A stretch of DNA of 41,154 nucleotides from Kiritimatiellota bacterium (GTDB taxonomy: Bacteria > Verrucomicrobiota > Kiritimatiellia > CAIQIC01), in NCBI GenBank assembly GCA_026398385.1, contig JAPLSZ010000263.1:1-41154 (forward strand), given 5' to 3'. The translations under genes and the position numbers were made by a program. Below are positions 18,042 through 26,105 of the stretch, in pieces (positions within the stretch are counted from its first letter, which is position 1; each line of letters begins with the position of its first letter). Below the pieces are notes generated by a model. The model worked only from the letters and a program-made list of their open reading frames with translations, searched no databases and was not told the DNA's origin.

Positions 18042-19271
18042 ATGAATAAAATCAACGTATCCCGGCGGTCGTTTCTCAAGGCCCTGGGGGCGGCCGTGGC
18101 GCTGCCGAACATCATCACCTCCAGCGCCCTGGGCGCCAACGGGCGGCCGGCGGCCAGCGGACGCATTACCCTCGCCGGCATCGGCATGGGCGGCCAGGGC
18201 TCCAGCGATCTGGGCCAGTTCCTCGGCGATCCGCGCATCCAGGTGGTGGCCGTGTGCGACGTGCAGCATGGCCATCTGGCGCGCATCAAAGACCGCGTGG
18301 ACAAACGCTACAACAACAAGGACTGCAAAACCTACCTGGACTACCGCGAGATCGTCGCGCGGGACGACATCGACGCGGTCCTCTGCGGCACGCCCGATCA
18401 CTGGCACGCGCAGGTCTCCATTGACGCCATGAAGAGCGGCAAGGACGTGTACTGCGAAAAGCCGCTGACGCTGACGATCCGCGAGGGCCGCAAGATGGTG
18501 GACGCCGCGCGGCAGTACGGCCGCGTGTTCTCGTGCGGCAGCCAGCGCGTGATCGGCGACTACGGCCGGATGGCCTGCGCGGCCCGCAGCGGCAAGTTCG
18601 GCAAGATCCTGGCGGCCCACGCCGATCCCGGCGGGCCGCCGCGCATGTGCTACCTGCCGGGCGTGCCGCTCCCGCCCAACACCATCGAGTGGGACCTGTG
18701 GCTGGGGCCGGCCCCCTGGGCGCCGTACCACCCGAACCGCTGCTCGGCGGCCTACGGCCTCGGCGGCAAGGGCTTCCGGTCGTGGTACGATTACTCCGGC
18801 GGCATGATGACCGACTGGGGCGGCCACAAATTCGGCGCCGCGCTGCACGGCATGGGGCTGGATGGCACCGGGCCCACGGAAATCCTCCCGCCCGGCAGCG
18901 ATGGTTCGCCGTTCCTCACCTACGTGTTCGCCAACGGCATGAAGCTCTACGTCGGCGGCGGGATGAAGTACATCTGCGAAAAAGGCGAAGCCAAGGCCAC
19001 GCGGGATGCCAAGGTGCCGCCGGGGCTGCGCTGGTACGAGGACGGCGCCAACTCGCCGATCCAGGACCTGACCAACTGCATCATCACCCGGAAGCGTCCG
19101 TTCCAGGACGTCGAGTACGCGCACCGGACGGCGACCGTCTGCCATCTGGGCAACATCTGCTACCTGCTGAACCGGAAGCTGCGCTGGGATCCGGATAAGG
19201 AGGATTTCATCGGCGATCCGGAAGCCAGCCGGCTGGTGGATCGCCCGCGGCGCGGGCCGTGGCAGATCTAA
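18042..19271 (+). CDS. Gfo/Idh/MocA family oxidoreductase with twin-arginine signal
   Basis: Tat motif SRRSFLKALGAAVALP, Rossmann segment ITLAGIGMGGQG...VVAVCDV, and the family motif VLCGTPDHWHA...GKDVYCEKPL. AGGAG lies upstream of the ATG. Confidence 0.9.
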   Translation: MNKINVSRRSFLKALGAAVALPNIITSSALGANGRPAASGRITLAGIGMGGQGSSDLGQFLGDPRIQVVAVCDVQHGHLARIKDRVDKRYNNKDCKTYLDYREIVARDDIDAVLCGTPDHWHAQVSIDAMKSGKDVYCEKPLTLTIREGRKMVDAARQYGRVFSCGSQRVIGDYGRMACAARSGKFGKILAAHADPGGPPRMCYLPGVPLPPNTIEWDLWLGPAPWAPYHPNRCSAAYGLGGKGFRSWYDYSGGMMTDWGGHKFGAALHGMGLDGTGPTEILPPGSDGSPFLTYVFANGMKLYVGGGMKYICEKGEAKATRDAKVPPGLRWYEDGANSPIQDLTNCIITRKRPFQDVEYAHRTATVCHLGNICYLLNRKLRWDPDKEDFIGDPEASRLVDRPRRGPWQI

Positions 19272-19346
19272 CCTGCATTGCTCAAACGCCATGCAGGAAG
19301 CTCGAAACTCGAATATCGAAATCCGAATATAAATGTGAGGTCTAAA

Positions 19347-21320
19347 ATGCAGATCAAGAAATATACGGCCATTTTGACGCTGGTGGGTCTGGCGGTGCTG
19401 GGGGCGTGGGGCGATGTGTGGAAAGATCTGGCCAAATACAAGTACGGCGAAGGCGACGCGGCCGAGGAGGCGCACCACCTCCTCCAGCAGACGCCGGTGG
19501 AGCAGCATGGCGCGATCGAGGACGCGCTGCTCAAGGTGGTGGCGGCCGCCGACGCCACGCCGGACGGCAAGGCGTTGGCCTGCCGCATGCTGCAGCAGGT
19601 GGCGACGGAAAAATCCATCCCTGCCGTGGCCGCGCTGCTCCCGGACGAGGTGCTGTCCCACTACGCCCGGTTGGTGCTGCAGCGGCTTGGAAATCCCCGG
19701 GCCGACGCCGCGCTGCGCGCGGCGTTGGACAAGGCCCCCGACAAGGTCAAGCTGGGTATTATCGGCAGCCTGGGCGAGCGTCGCGATGTCCAGGCCGTGC
19801 CACCGTTGACAAAGTTGGCCCGGCAGCCCGATCCGGCGATCGCCGCGGCGGCCATCGTGGCGCTGGGAAAAATCGGCGGCGCGGAGGCCGCCCGGTCCCT
19901 GGGCGAACTGCAAGCCGGCGACAGCCTCAGCAGCGCGCGCTGGGAGGCCCTAATCCGCTGCGCCGCGAGCCTGCCGGCAGCGGAGGCGGCGGCGCTGTAC
20001 GAAAAGGCCCTCGCGCGCGGTCAGCGCACCCACCAGCTCGCCGCCTTGGGCGGGCTGCTGCGCGTGAACACGGACCAGGCGGCGCCGCGGCTGACGACAA
20101 TTCTCAAGGGCAACGACCTCGGGTTGCAGCGGGGCGCACTGACTCTGGTGGCCGAAGGTGCGGGCGCTGCACCAGTCACCAAGACGCTGACGGATCTGCT
20201 GGGCAGCCTGCCGGAGGCGAAGAAGGCTGGGCTGCTCACGGCCCTCGGCGCACGCGGCGACAAGGCGGCGCTGGCGGCGGTCACCGCCTATGCCGCGAAC
20301 GCGAACACCGGGATCCGCGAGGCCGCGCTGCTGGCGCTCAGCAAGCTCGGCGATGCCGGTACGGTAAAAGTATTGCTGGCCTCGACGGATCCCAAGGCCG
20401 CGGACGCCCTGGCGCGCATGCCCGGCGACGAGGTGAACGACGTGCTCATCCGATGCCTGGCCGACAGCCAGTTGCAAGGGGCGGCTTTGAAGGCGCTGGC
20501 CGCGCGGGCCGGGTCGGCGGCCGTGCCCCAGCTCCTGAAGCTGGTCAATGATCCGGACGCCGGCGTCCGCAAGGCGGTCTGGTCCGGGCTGGGCTCGCTG
20601 GCGACGGAGGAGGACATGGCGGCCGTGGCCGCCGCGGCCTTTGCGATCAAGGACGCCAAGGAAACCGCCGCCGCGTTGGCGGTGCTCAAGAGCATCTGCC
20701 TGCAGGCGCGCGACAAGGGCCGGTGCTTCGATTTCGTGGCGGCGAACTACGACCAGGCCTCCCCCGCGGCCAAGGCCAGCATCGTTGACTTGGCCGCCGC
20801 AGCCGGCTCGCCGGCCGCCCTGGAGGTCGAGCGCAAAGCGCTCAAATCCGGCGATAAGGAATTGTACGGCAAAGCCGTGCGCGCCCTGGCCGCGTGGGGC
20901 AACGCGACCGCCGCCGGGGATCTCCTGGAGCTGGCCCGGAACGCGCCGGCGGACGTGGACCGGCTCCTGGCCCTCCGGGGATACATCCAATTGGCCGGCA
21001 CGGAGAAATTCAAGCTCCATCCCGGCGAGCGGATGGAGCTGTTCAAGAAGGCCGGCGCGCTGGCCAAGCGCGCCGACGAAAAAAAGATGATCATCAGCGG
21101 TTTGATGCTGGCCGGCAGCGCCGACGCGCTGAACATGACGGGTGCGTATTGGGATGACAGCGCGGTGCGCGCGGAGGCGGAATTGACCGCCGACCAACTG
21201 ATGGATGAACTCAAGCAGAAAAATCCGGCCGAGGTGAAAGCCCTGGCCGGCAAGCTCCAGGCCAGCAAGAACGCGGCGCTGGCCAATAAGGCCAGAAAAA
21301 TCCTGGCCGAAATCAAGTAA
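19347..21320 (+). CDS. HEAT-repeat protein, signal peptide
   Basis: The internal ATG at 19347 gives MQIKKYTAILTLVGLAVLGAWG. Ala/Leu-rich ~30-aa repeats of the type IIGSLGERRDVQAVPPLTKLARQPDPAIAAAAIVALGKIGG run throughout. Confidence 0.75.
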   Translation: MQIKKYTAILTLVGLAVLGAWGDVWKDLAKYKYGEGDAAEEAHHLLQQTPVEQHGAIEDALLKVVAAADATPDGKALACRMLQQVATEKSIPAVAALLPDEVLSHYARLVLQRLGNPRADAALRAALDKAPDKVKLGIIGSLGERRDVQAVPPLTKLARQPDPAIAAAAIVALGKIGGAEAARSLGELQAGDSLSSARWEALIRCAASLPAAEAAALYEKALARGQRTHQLAALGGLLRVNTDQAAPRLTTILKGNDLGLQRGALTLVAEGAGAAPVTKTLTDLLGSLPEAKKAGLLTALGARGDKAALAAVTAYAANANTGIREAALLALSKLGDAGTVKVLLASTDPKAADALARMPGDEVNDVLIRCLADSQLQGAALKALAARAGSAAVPQLLKLVNDPDAGVRKAVWSGLGSLATEEDMAAVAAAAFAIKDAKETAAALAVLKSICLQARDKGRCFDFVAANYDQASPAAKASIVDLAAAAGSPAALEVERKALKSGDKELYGKAVRALAAWGNATAAGDLLELARNAPADVDRLLALRGYIQLAGTEKFKLHPGERMELFKKAGALAKRADEKKMIISGLMLAGSADALNMTGAYWDDSAVRAEAELTADQLMDELKQKNPAEVKALAGKLQASKNAALANKARKILAEIK

Positions 21321-21366
21321 CCGAGCCTCTAAACTCAGGGGTCAAGGCGGAATTCAACATTGCGCT

Positions 21367-22113
21367 TTACGTCCGGATGAGGCCGGCGCAAGCGGGACAG
21401 TCGGGCCGGCGCTCGACCGTCAGTGTGGTGAACGTCATCTGCTCGGCGTCGAAGACCAGCAGCTTGCCCAGCAGCGACGCGCCGAGGCCGGTCAGGAGCT
21501 TGAGGGCTTCCGTGGCTTGCAGGCAGCCAGCGAGGCCCGGCGTGACGCCGGCGACGGGAAAAACCTCCCGGGGTGGGGCGTCAGGGAAAATACAACGGAG
21601 GCAGGGCGTCCGGGGCGGATGCAGCACCGTGATCTGCCCGGACAACCCCCAGATGGCGGCGTGAATCAGCGGGATGCTGTGCCGGACGCTGTAGGCATTC
21701 AGCACATACCGGGTGTCGAAGTTGTCGAGACAATCCAGGATGAGGTCCACCGGCCCGACGATGCGCTCGATGTTATGCTCGGCGATCCGCTCGCCGGAGG
21801 AGTTGACGGCGATGGCGGGATTCAAGCGCCGCAGCACCTCGGCCGCAACCTCCGCTTTCGGACGGCCCAGATCGGCATCGGTGTAAAGAATCTGCCGGTT
21901 GAGGTTGGAGAGGTCGGGGCGGTCGCAATCGCCCAGGCCGATGGTCCCGACGCCGGCGGCGGCCAGATAGAGGGCCACCGGGCTGCCTAGCCCGCCGGCG
22001 CCGACGATAAACACCCGGGCGCGCTTGAGGCGCTCCTGCCCCGGCACACCCCAGCCGCCGATCATCATCTGCCGCCCGTAGCGCGTGCAGTCATAGTCCG
22101 TTAACGCTGCCAT
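21367..22113 (-). CDS. ThiF/MoeB/HesA-family E1-like adenylyltransferase (no rhodanese domain)
   Basis: YGRQMMIGGWGVPGQERLKRARVFIVGAGGLGSPVALYLAAAGVG...SNLNRQILY is the canonical ThiF/MoeB N-terminus. It has two CxxC pairs (CLRC, CPAC). GGAGAG lies 4 nt upstream of the ATG, and the gap to the carrier gene is 23 nt. Confidence 0.9.
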   Translation of the reverse strand: MAALTDYDCTRYGRQMMIGGWGVPGQERLKRARVFIVGAGGLGSPVALYLAAAGVGTIGLGDCDRPDLSNLNRQILYTDADLGRPKAEVAAEVLRRLNPAIAVNSSGERIAEHNIERIVGPVDLILDCLDNFDTRYVLNAYSVRHSIPLIHAAIWGLSGQITVLHPPRTPCLRCIFPDAPPREVFPVAGVTPGLAGCLQATEALKLLTGLGASLLGKLLVFDAEQMTFTTLTVERRPDCPACAGLIRT

Positions 22114-22136
22114 CAGGCTCTCCGAAAAAGTACGTC

Positions 22137-22415
22137 TTATCCCCCGGCGACGGCCACGACGATCACGATTTCCTCGCTACCGCCAAGCGGAGTGTCGTCG
22201 CCCTGCAGCGTCCGGATATCCCGGCCGTTGACAAAAATCGCGATGAACTTCCGCAGGTTCCCGCCCTCGTCGCACAGCCGGGCCCGCAGGCCGGGATACT
22301 GGCGCTCCAGATCGGCCACCAGCTCGCGGATGGTGCCGCCCGCCGTCTGAACCGCAGCGCGCCCCTGGGTGAGTTGACGCAAGGATGCCGGCATCGCAAT
22401 GTTCATAAAACTCAT
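22137..22415 (-). CDS. MoaD/ThiS-family ubiquitin-like sulfur-carrier protein (C-terminal Gly-Gly)
   Basis: The 92-aa reading from the ATG at 22415 ends ...EEIVIVVAVAGG. ELVADLERQYPGLRARLCDEGGNLRKFIAIFVNGRDIR resembles CysO/MoaD-type carriers. The start overlaps the upstream stop as ATGA (22412-22415). The longer 122-aa ORF in the track would overlap the YcaO gene by 90 nt. Confidence 0.85.
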   Translation of the reverse strand: MSFMNIAMPASLRQLTQGRAAVQTAGGTIRELVADLERQYPGLRARLCDEGGNLRKFIAIFVNGRDIRTLQGDDTPLGGSEEIVIVVAVAGG

Positions 22416-25234
22416 CCGCCTTTTAAAAAATCCGCCAGCAATGCGCGGGTGCACTGCGCGCGCGCGGCGATGAAGCCGGACGGCTGGTACTCCGGCACAA
22501 ACCACAACTCCAGGCCGGGGATGATCACCTTCACGCTGCTCACGCCATAGCGCTCCAGCGGACTTGTATTGGCGACGAGCATACGACGATGGCCGGCGGA
22601 AAGCAAACAGCCGATGACATGCTCCAGCTCATCCGTAATGGAGGCGAAGCGGAGTTCCTCCGTGCGAAGGGTCTGGCAAGCCAGCGGGGTTTCGCCGGAC
22701 GCGACCTGGGCGGCCTGGTAGGCGAGGCGCGCTTCCCGGAGCGGTTGGAACGAGCGATAGTCGTCGCGGATGCCCGTGAAGTAGGCAATATGCTGCATAT
22801 AGACCTCGTGCAGCGTCGCCGCCACGGCGGACGGCAGATCGGCCCGCACGGCGGTGCTGCCGTGGCCTTCGATGCCGCGGTGGGCATCGAACAACCGGCA
22901 GCGCACGCAGGGCAGCCCGAACAGGTTGGGCAGTATATACAGGGCAATCCGGCAGCCCTTCTCCTCCAGCCGCCCGATCAGTTCCCGGCTGCGCGGATCC
23001 GGCAGGGTGGCCGGATCCAGGCGCAACCGGGGGAGTTGCTCGCGGCAAAATGGGTCGACTGAATAAAGCTGGTTGGTGTCGCGCTCCACCAGTTCGTACA
23101 GGCCGTAGAGCAGCGCTTCGGGCAGGGTGTTGCCGGCCGCGTTGCCATCGGTGCCGGAAAACATGGACATGACGGCGAAGCGCGGAACGCTGCAGGGCTG
23201 GCCGGAGGGCAGTTCGGTGACAGTCACAAAGCCGTGATCCTCCGCTACCTGTTGCTTGATCTGCGGGTCCACAGCGAAGTTGTAATACTGCGGAATGTTC
23301 TCCAGGGGCTCCGGAATCCGATCGACTTGGTTGCCCTTAAAAGCGGCGCGTCGGAAGTTGTGCGTGGGAATTCGTTCCACCAGTTCCATGTAGGCGGCGG
23401 CCAGCGCCTCGGCGAAGACCTCGCCGTTGCCGGTGGACGAGGACAGCGGATAGCCCAGAAAATAGAAGGGCACGAAGAAGATGTTGACGATAAAACTGCC
23501 GCCCGGTGGATCGTAGCCCGTGGTGTCGGCCACCACCACGTCCAAATCCCGGAAGAATTCCTCCGCCCGCCGGCAGGTTTCCTCCGCCGGCAGCGCCCGC
23601 CGGTCCCGGCGCGGATGGCCGCGGCCGTCCGGCGGCGCGGCAAACTCGCGCCAGGCGGCCGGCAGCGTGAGATCCGCATCGCCGCGGTACTTGGCGTACA
23701 GGCGTTCCATGTAGCGGACGCGCGCCTGGCGGAAGGTTTTCCGGACATAATCCGCCGCGCGTCCGGCGAGGATCTCCCGGAAGCAGGCCAGCAGTTGACG
23801 TGCATCGGCCTGCTTGATGGCGAAGCGCTCCGCACCCTCCCGGGCGTAGTAGTCCTCGAGCCGGCGCAGCGCCGGCTCGGCGAGCGAACCGGCTTCCCGG
23901 AGGCGGCGGAAGAAAAAATCGAACGAGAGCAGCGGGAAGCCGATGCCGTCGGCCACCGCGCGGCATTGCTCCGCTTCCCCGGCGCCGAGCAGTCCGTCGC
24001 TGGTGGCACATTCCAGAAAATAAATGATTTCGACCAACGGCCGGGTCAGCGCCGCATCGTCTTCCGTGTACGTCTGCGCCACGATGTGGTAGGGCTTGAT
24101 GGGCTGCCGGCGGAGGTAGTCATACACGTAGCCGACCCCCGTCATGCCATAGCGGTCGAGCTCGACGGCTCGCAGCGCGCCGATGCTGGCGGCGCCAAAC
24201 ACATTGAGCCCCTGCTCCAGCGCCAAGACGACTTCAAACGTGGTGCAGGGGAACTTGGAATAAAAATAGCCGTCCAGGATCAGGATGTTCCGGAAGCCCG
24301 CCAGGATCGCCATCAGCAGGTCCCCCTGCTCCACCGGCGTGGTGTACACCAGGCGCGGGTCGGGCGGGGCTTCCGCCCGCGGCAGGCTGCCCCCGATGAA
24401 AGCGATGGTGTCCTCCGTTTGTGGAACCACCACGGATGCATAGCCGGGATGTTGCTTCACGTCGGTGAACGCGTAGCAGGCGGCTTGGCAACGGCAGGCC
24501 GCGCAGGGCGGCAGGTAGGCGTGCCGTTGCCCGGCCACCTTGCCGATGGTGTAGCGCTGGGATCCGATCAGGCCCCGCAGATCGTTCAAGGAATACCGGA
24601 ACAAAGCTTTGAAGTGCGCCGGGGGCGCCAGGCAGAAGGGGAAGCCGGCCAGGCTGACCCCCGGCCGCCGTGAGCGCGGATCGTCGAGGAACAGCGCCAG
24701 TTCGGAACGCCAGACCGCCGCGGATTCGGCCGTGAGCGCAGGGAAACCGTAGATGAACACAAGGCTTTCGAGCGCGCCGTCTTCCAGCCCAGCGCAAAGG
24801 GGCGCGGCGCCGCCGGCGTCGAAGCCGCCCACATACACGTGCAGGTGGATGCCCAGGTTGTAGGCGGTGGCAAAACGGTGCAGCGCCTCCCGGTGGGACG
24901 CGAGCTCCGCCTGAATTTTCTCGAAATCGGCCCGGGCCGACGCCGCGGCGACCTTTTGCATCACGGTGATGTGCCGGAGCGGAAGCGGGCGGCCCGGGTA
25001 GCGCTGCAGGAATTCCTCGATCGCCTGGCGCAGCCCCTGGTGGCGGAAAATGCTGCCGTCGGCCACGGTCGGCCGGCTGTCCGCCAGGCCGAAACCAGAC
25101 AGGGTTTCGATGAAGGCGCCGACCCCGGCATAGTACGTCGGATCGCTGCTCTGGAACACCGCCCAACGCGGCGTCTCCTCGCCGAAAAACAATTGCATCC
25201 GCGCGTCCATCGTTGGAGTGGAATGTAGCCACAC
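22412..25234 (-). CDS. three-part fusion: unknown Cys-rich N-domain + TfuA-like domain + YcaO domain
   Basis: Single uninterrupted 940-aa frame. TfuA-like region (aa ~277-390): IAFIGGSLP...PVEQGDLLMAILAGFRNILILDGYFYSKFPCTTFEVVLALEQGLNVFGAASIGALRAVELDRYGMTGVG. YcaO region (aa ~545-925): EETCRRAEEFFRDLDVVVADTTGYDPPG, STGNGEVFAEALAAAYMELVERI, GNAAGNTLPEALLYGLYELVERD. The start may instead be the ATG at 25210 (MDARMQLFF). Confidence 0.85.
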   Translation of the reverse strand: MWLHSTPTMDARMQLFFGEETPRWAVFQSSDPTYYAGVGAFIETLSGFGLADSRPTVADGSIFRHQGLRQAIEEFLQRYPGRPLPLRHITVMQKVAAASARADFEKIQAELASHREALHRFATAYNLGIHLHVYVGGFDAGGAAPLCAGLEDGALESLVFIYGFPALTAESAAVWRSELALFLDDPRSRRPGVSLAGFPFCLAPPAHFKALFRYSLNDLRGLIGSQRYTIGKVAGQRHAYLPPCAACRCQAACYAFTDVKQHPGYASVVVPQTEDTIAFIGGSLPRAEAPPDPRLVYTTPVEQGDLLMAILAGFRNILILDGYFYSKFPCTTFEVVLALEQGLNVFGAASIGALRAVELDRYGMTGVGYVYDYLRRQPIKPYHIVAQTYTEDDAALTRPLVEIIYFLECATSDGLLGAGEAEQCRAVADGIGFPLLSFDFFFRRLREAGSLAEPALRRLEDYYAREGAERFAIKQADARQLLACFREILAGRAADYVRKTFRQARVRYMERLYAKYRGDADLTLPAAWREFAAPPDGRGHPRRDRRALPAEETCRRAEEFFRDLDVVVADTTGYDPPGGSFIVNIFFVPFYFLGYPLSSSTGNGEVFAEALAAAYMELVERIPTHNFRRAAFKGNQVDRIPEPLENIPQYYNFAVDPQIKQQVAEDHGFVTVTELPSGQPCSVPRFAVMSMFSGTDGNAAGNTLPEALLYGLYELVERDTNQLYSVDPFCREQLPRLRLDPATLPDPRSRELIGRLEEKGCRIALYILPNLFGLPCVRCRLFDAHRGIEGHGSTAVRADLPSAVAATLHEVYMQHIAYFTGIRDDYRSFQPLREARLAYQAAQVASGETPLACQTLRTEELRFASITDELEHVIGCLLSAGHRRMLVANTSPLERYGVSSVKVIIPGLELWFVPEYQPSGFIAARAQCTRALLADFLKGG

Positions 25235-25275
25235 GCCCGCGGGGAAAGCCAGATGAAAGCAGCCGCCCGATAATT

Positions 25276-25730
25276 CTATTCCAGCAAGGCCCGGTCCCGG
25301 CTTGGTGCCCCGCCGGTCGTCAGTATCCTGGGCATCGCCGCCTTGTTCACTGCCGAGAAGCTGCTTGTGATCACTTTTTTGAGTTCATCGATGGTTAAGG
25401 CGCGGCGACTCTCTTGCTGGAGCTCCGGCAAGACAACGTCGCTCCACGGGTTTTCCAGTAGACCGGCCGGGAGGCGCAATCGGGCAAACAGGCTCTTCAG
25501 AAATTTAAAATTCCAGCCGCAGTGCGGCTGGCGAAGCCTTCCCGGTGCAGATTGGCAGCGTACCGCTCCACCCGTGCCGGGGTGCCCTCGTGCAGGTATA
25601 TGATCCCTTCGCCCTCGGCCCACTTTTGGAACCGCTGCCACGCGGGGCGATAGCTGGCGATGGTGTCGTCCGCGGGTTGCCGCTTTTTCGATGCTTGCTC
25701 CCACGCGTCCCAGGCGGCCTTGATTTCCAC
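25276..25730 (-). pseudogene. tyrosine recombinase/integrase relic (N-terminal SAM-like domain only, frameshifted and 3'-truncated)
   Basis: EIKAAWDAWEQ...IASYRPAWQRFQKWAEGEGIIYLHEGTPARVERYAANLHREGFASRTAAGILNF stops at 25497. It continues in another frame as LKSLFARLRLPAGLLENPWSDVVLPELQQESRRALTIDELKKVI. Adding one T to the minus-strand TTT run (plus-strand AAA at 25501-25503) restores ...GILNFLKSLFARL. The catalytic R..HxxR..Y domain is absent. Confidence 0.55.
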
Positions 25731-26105
25731 GCGTTCGGTGGTGCCGGCCAGCAGGGCAGCAGCGGCGCGGAGGGATGATTGCGAGGAATAAACCGCATTG
25801 CCAGCATTCTGGCGGGTAGAACTGGCCTACGGCCGTCTGGGCCACGTCGCGCTACCTGCCGACCGGTTGGGCGATCCCGAGCGCGATTGCGGGTCGGAAA
25901 AAGTCCGCATAAAGGGCTTGCAAAACCCATCCGCCAGGTAACAATTGACGAATGAATGTTTGCGGCACTCAGGTGGCGCGGAAAACGGCGCTCTCCCGGC
26001 GGGCGCGCCAAAGCAATTTCTTATTTGTACATTAACCTCATCGCCCGCCCGTTGCTCGGTGTCAGCCTCAACGAAATCAAAACCGCCCTCAACAAAGTAA
26101 CCACT

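Noticed and set aside
22412-22420. The TfuA-YcaO fusion itself ends in Lys-Gly-Gly, like a ubiquitin-like carrier.
   Set aside because: The codons AAA GGC GGA TGA double as the Shine-Dalgarno-like AAGGCGGA and the ATGA start overlap for the downstream ThiS-like gene. The GG end is therefore more simply explained by translational-coupling constraints.
22416-22505. The longer 122-aa version of the ThiS-like ORF, starting at 22505.
   Set aside because: The extra 30 residues (MVCAGVPAVRLHRRARAVHPRIAGGFFKRR) lie inside the YcaO coding region in another frame and are Arg-rich noise. Homologous carriers are about 90 aa.
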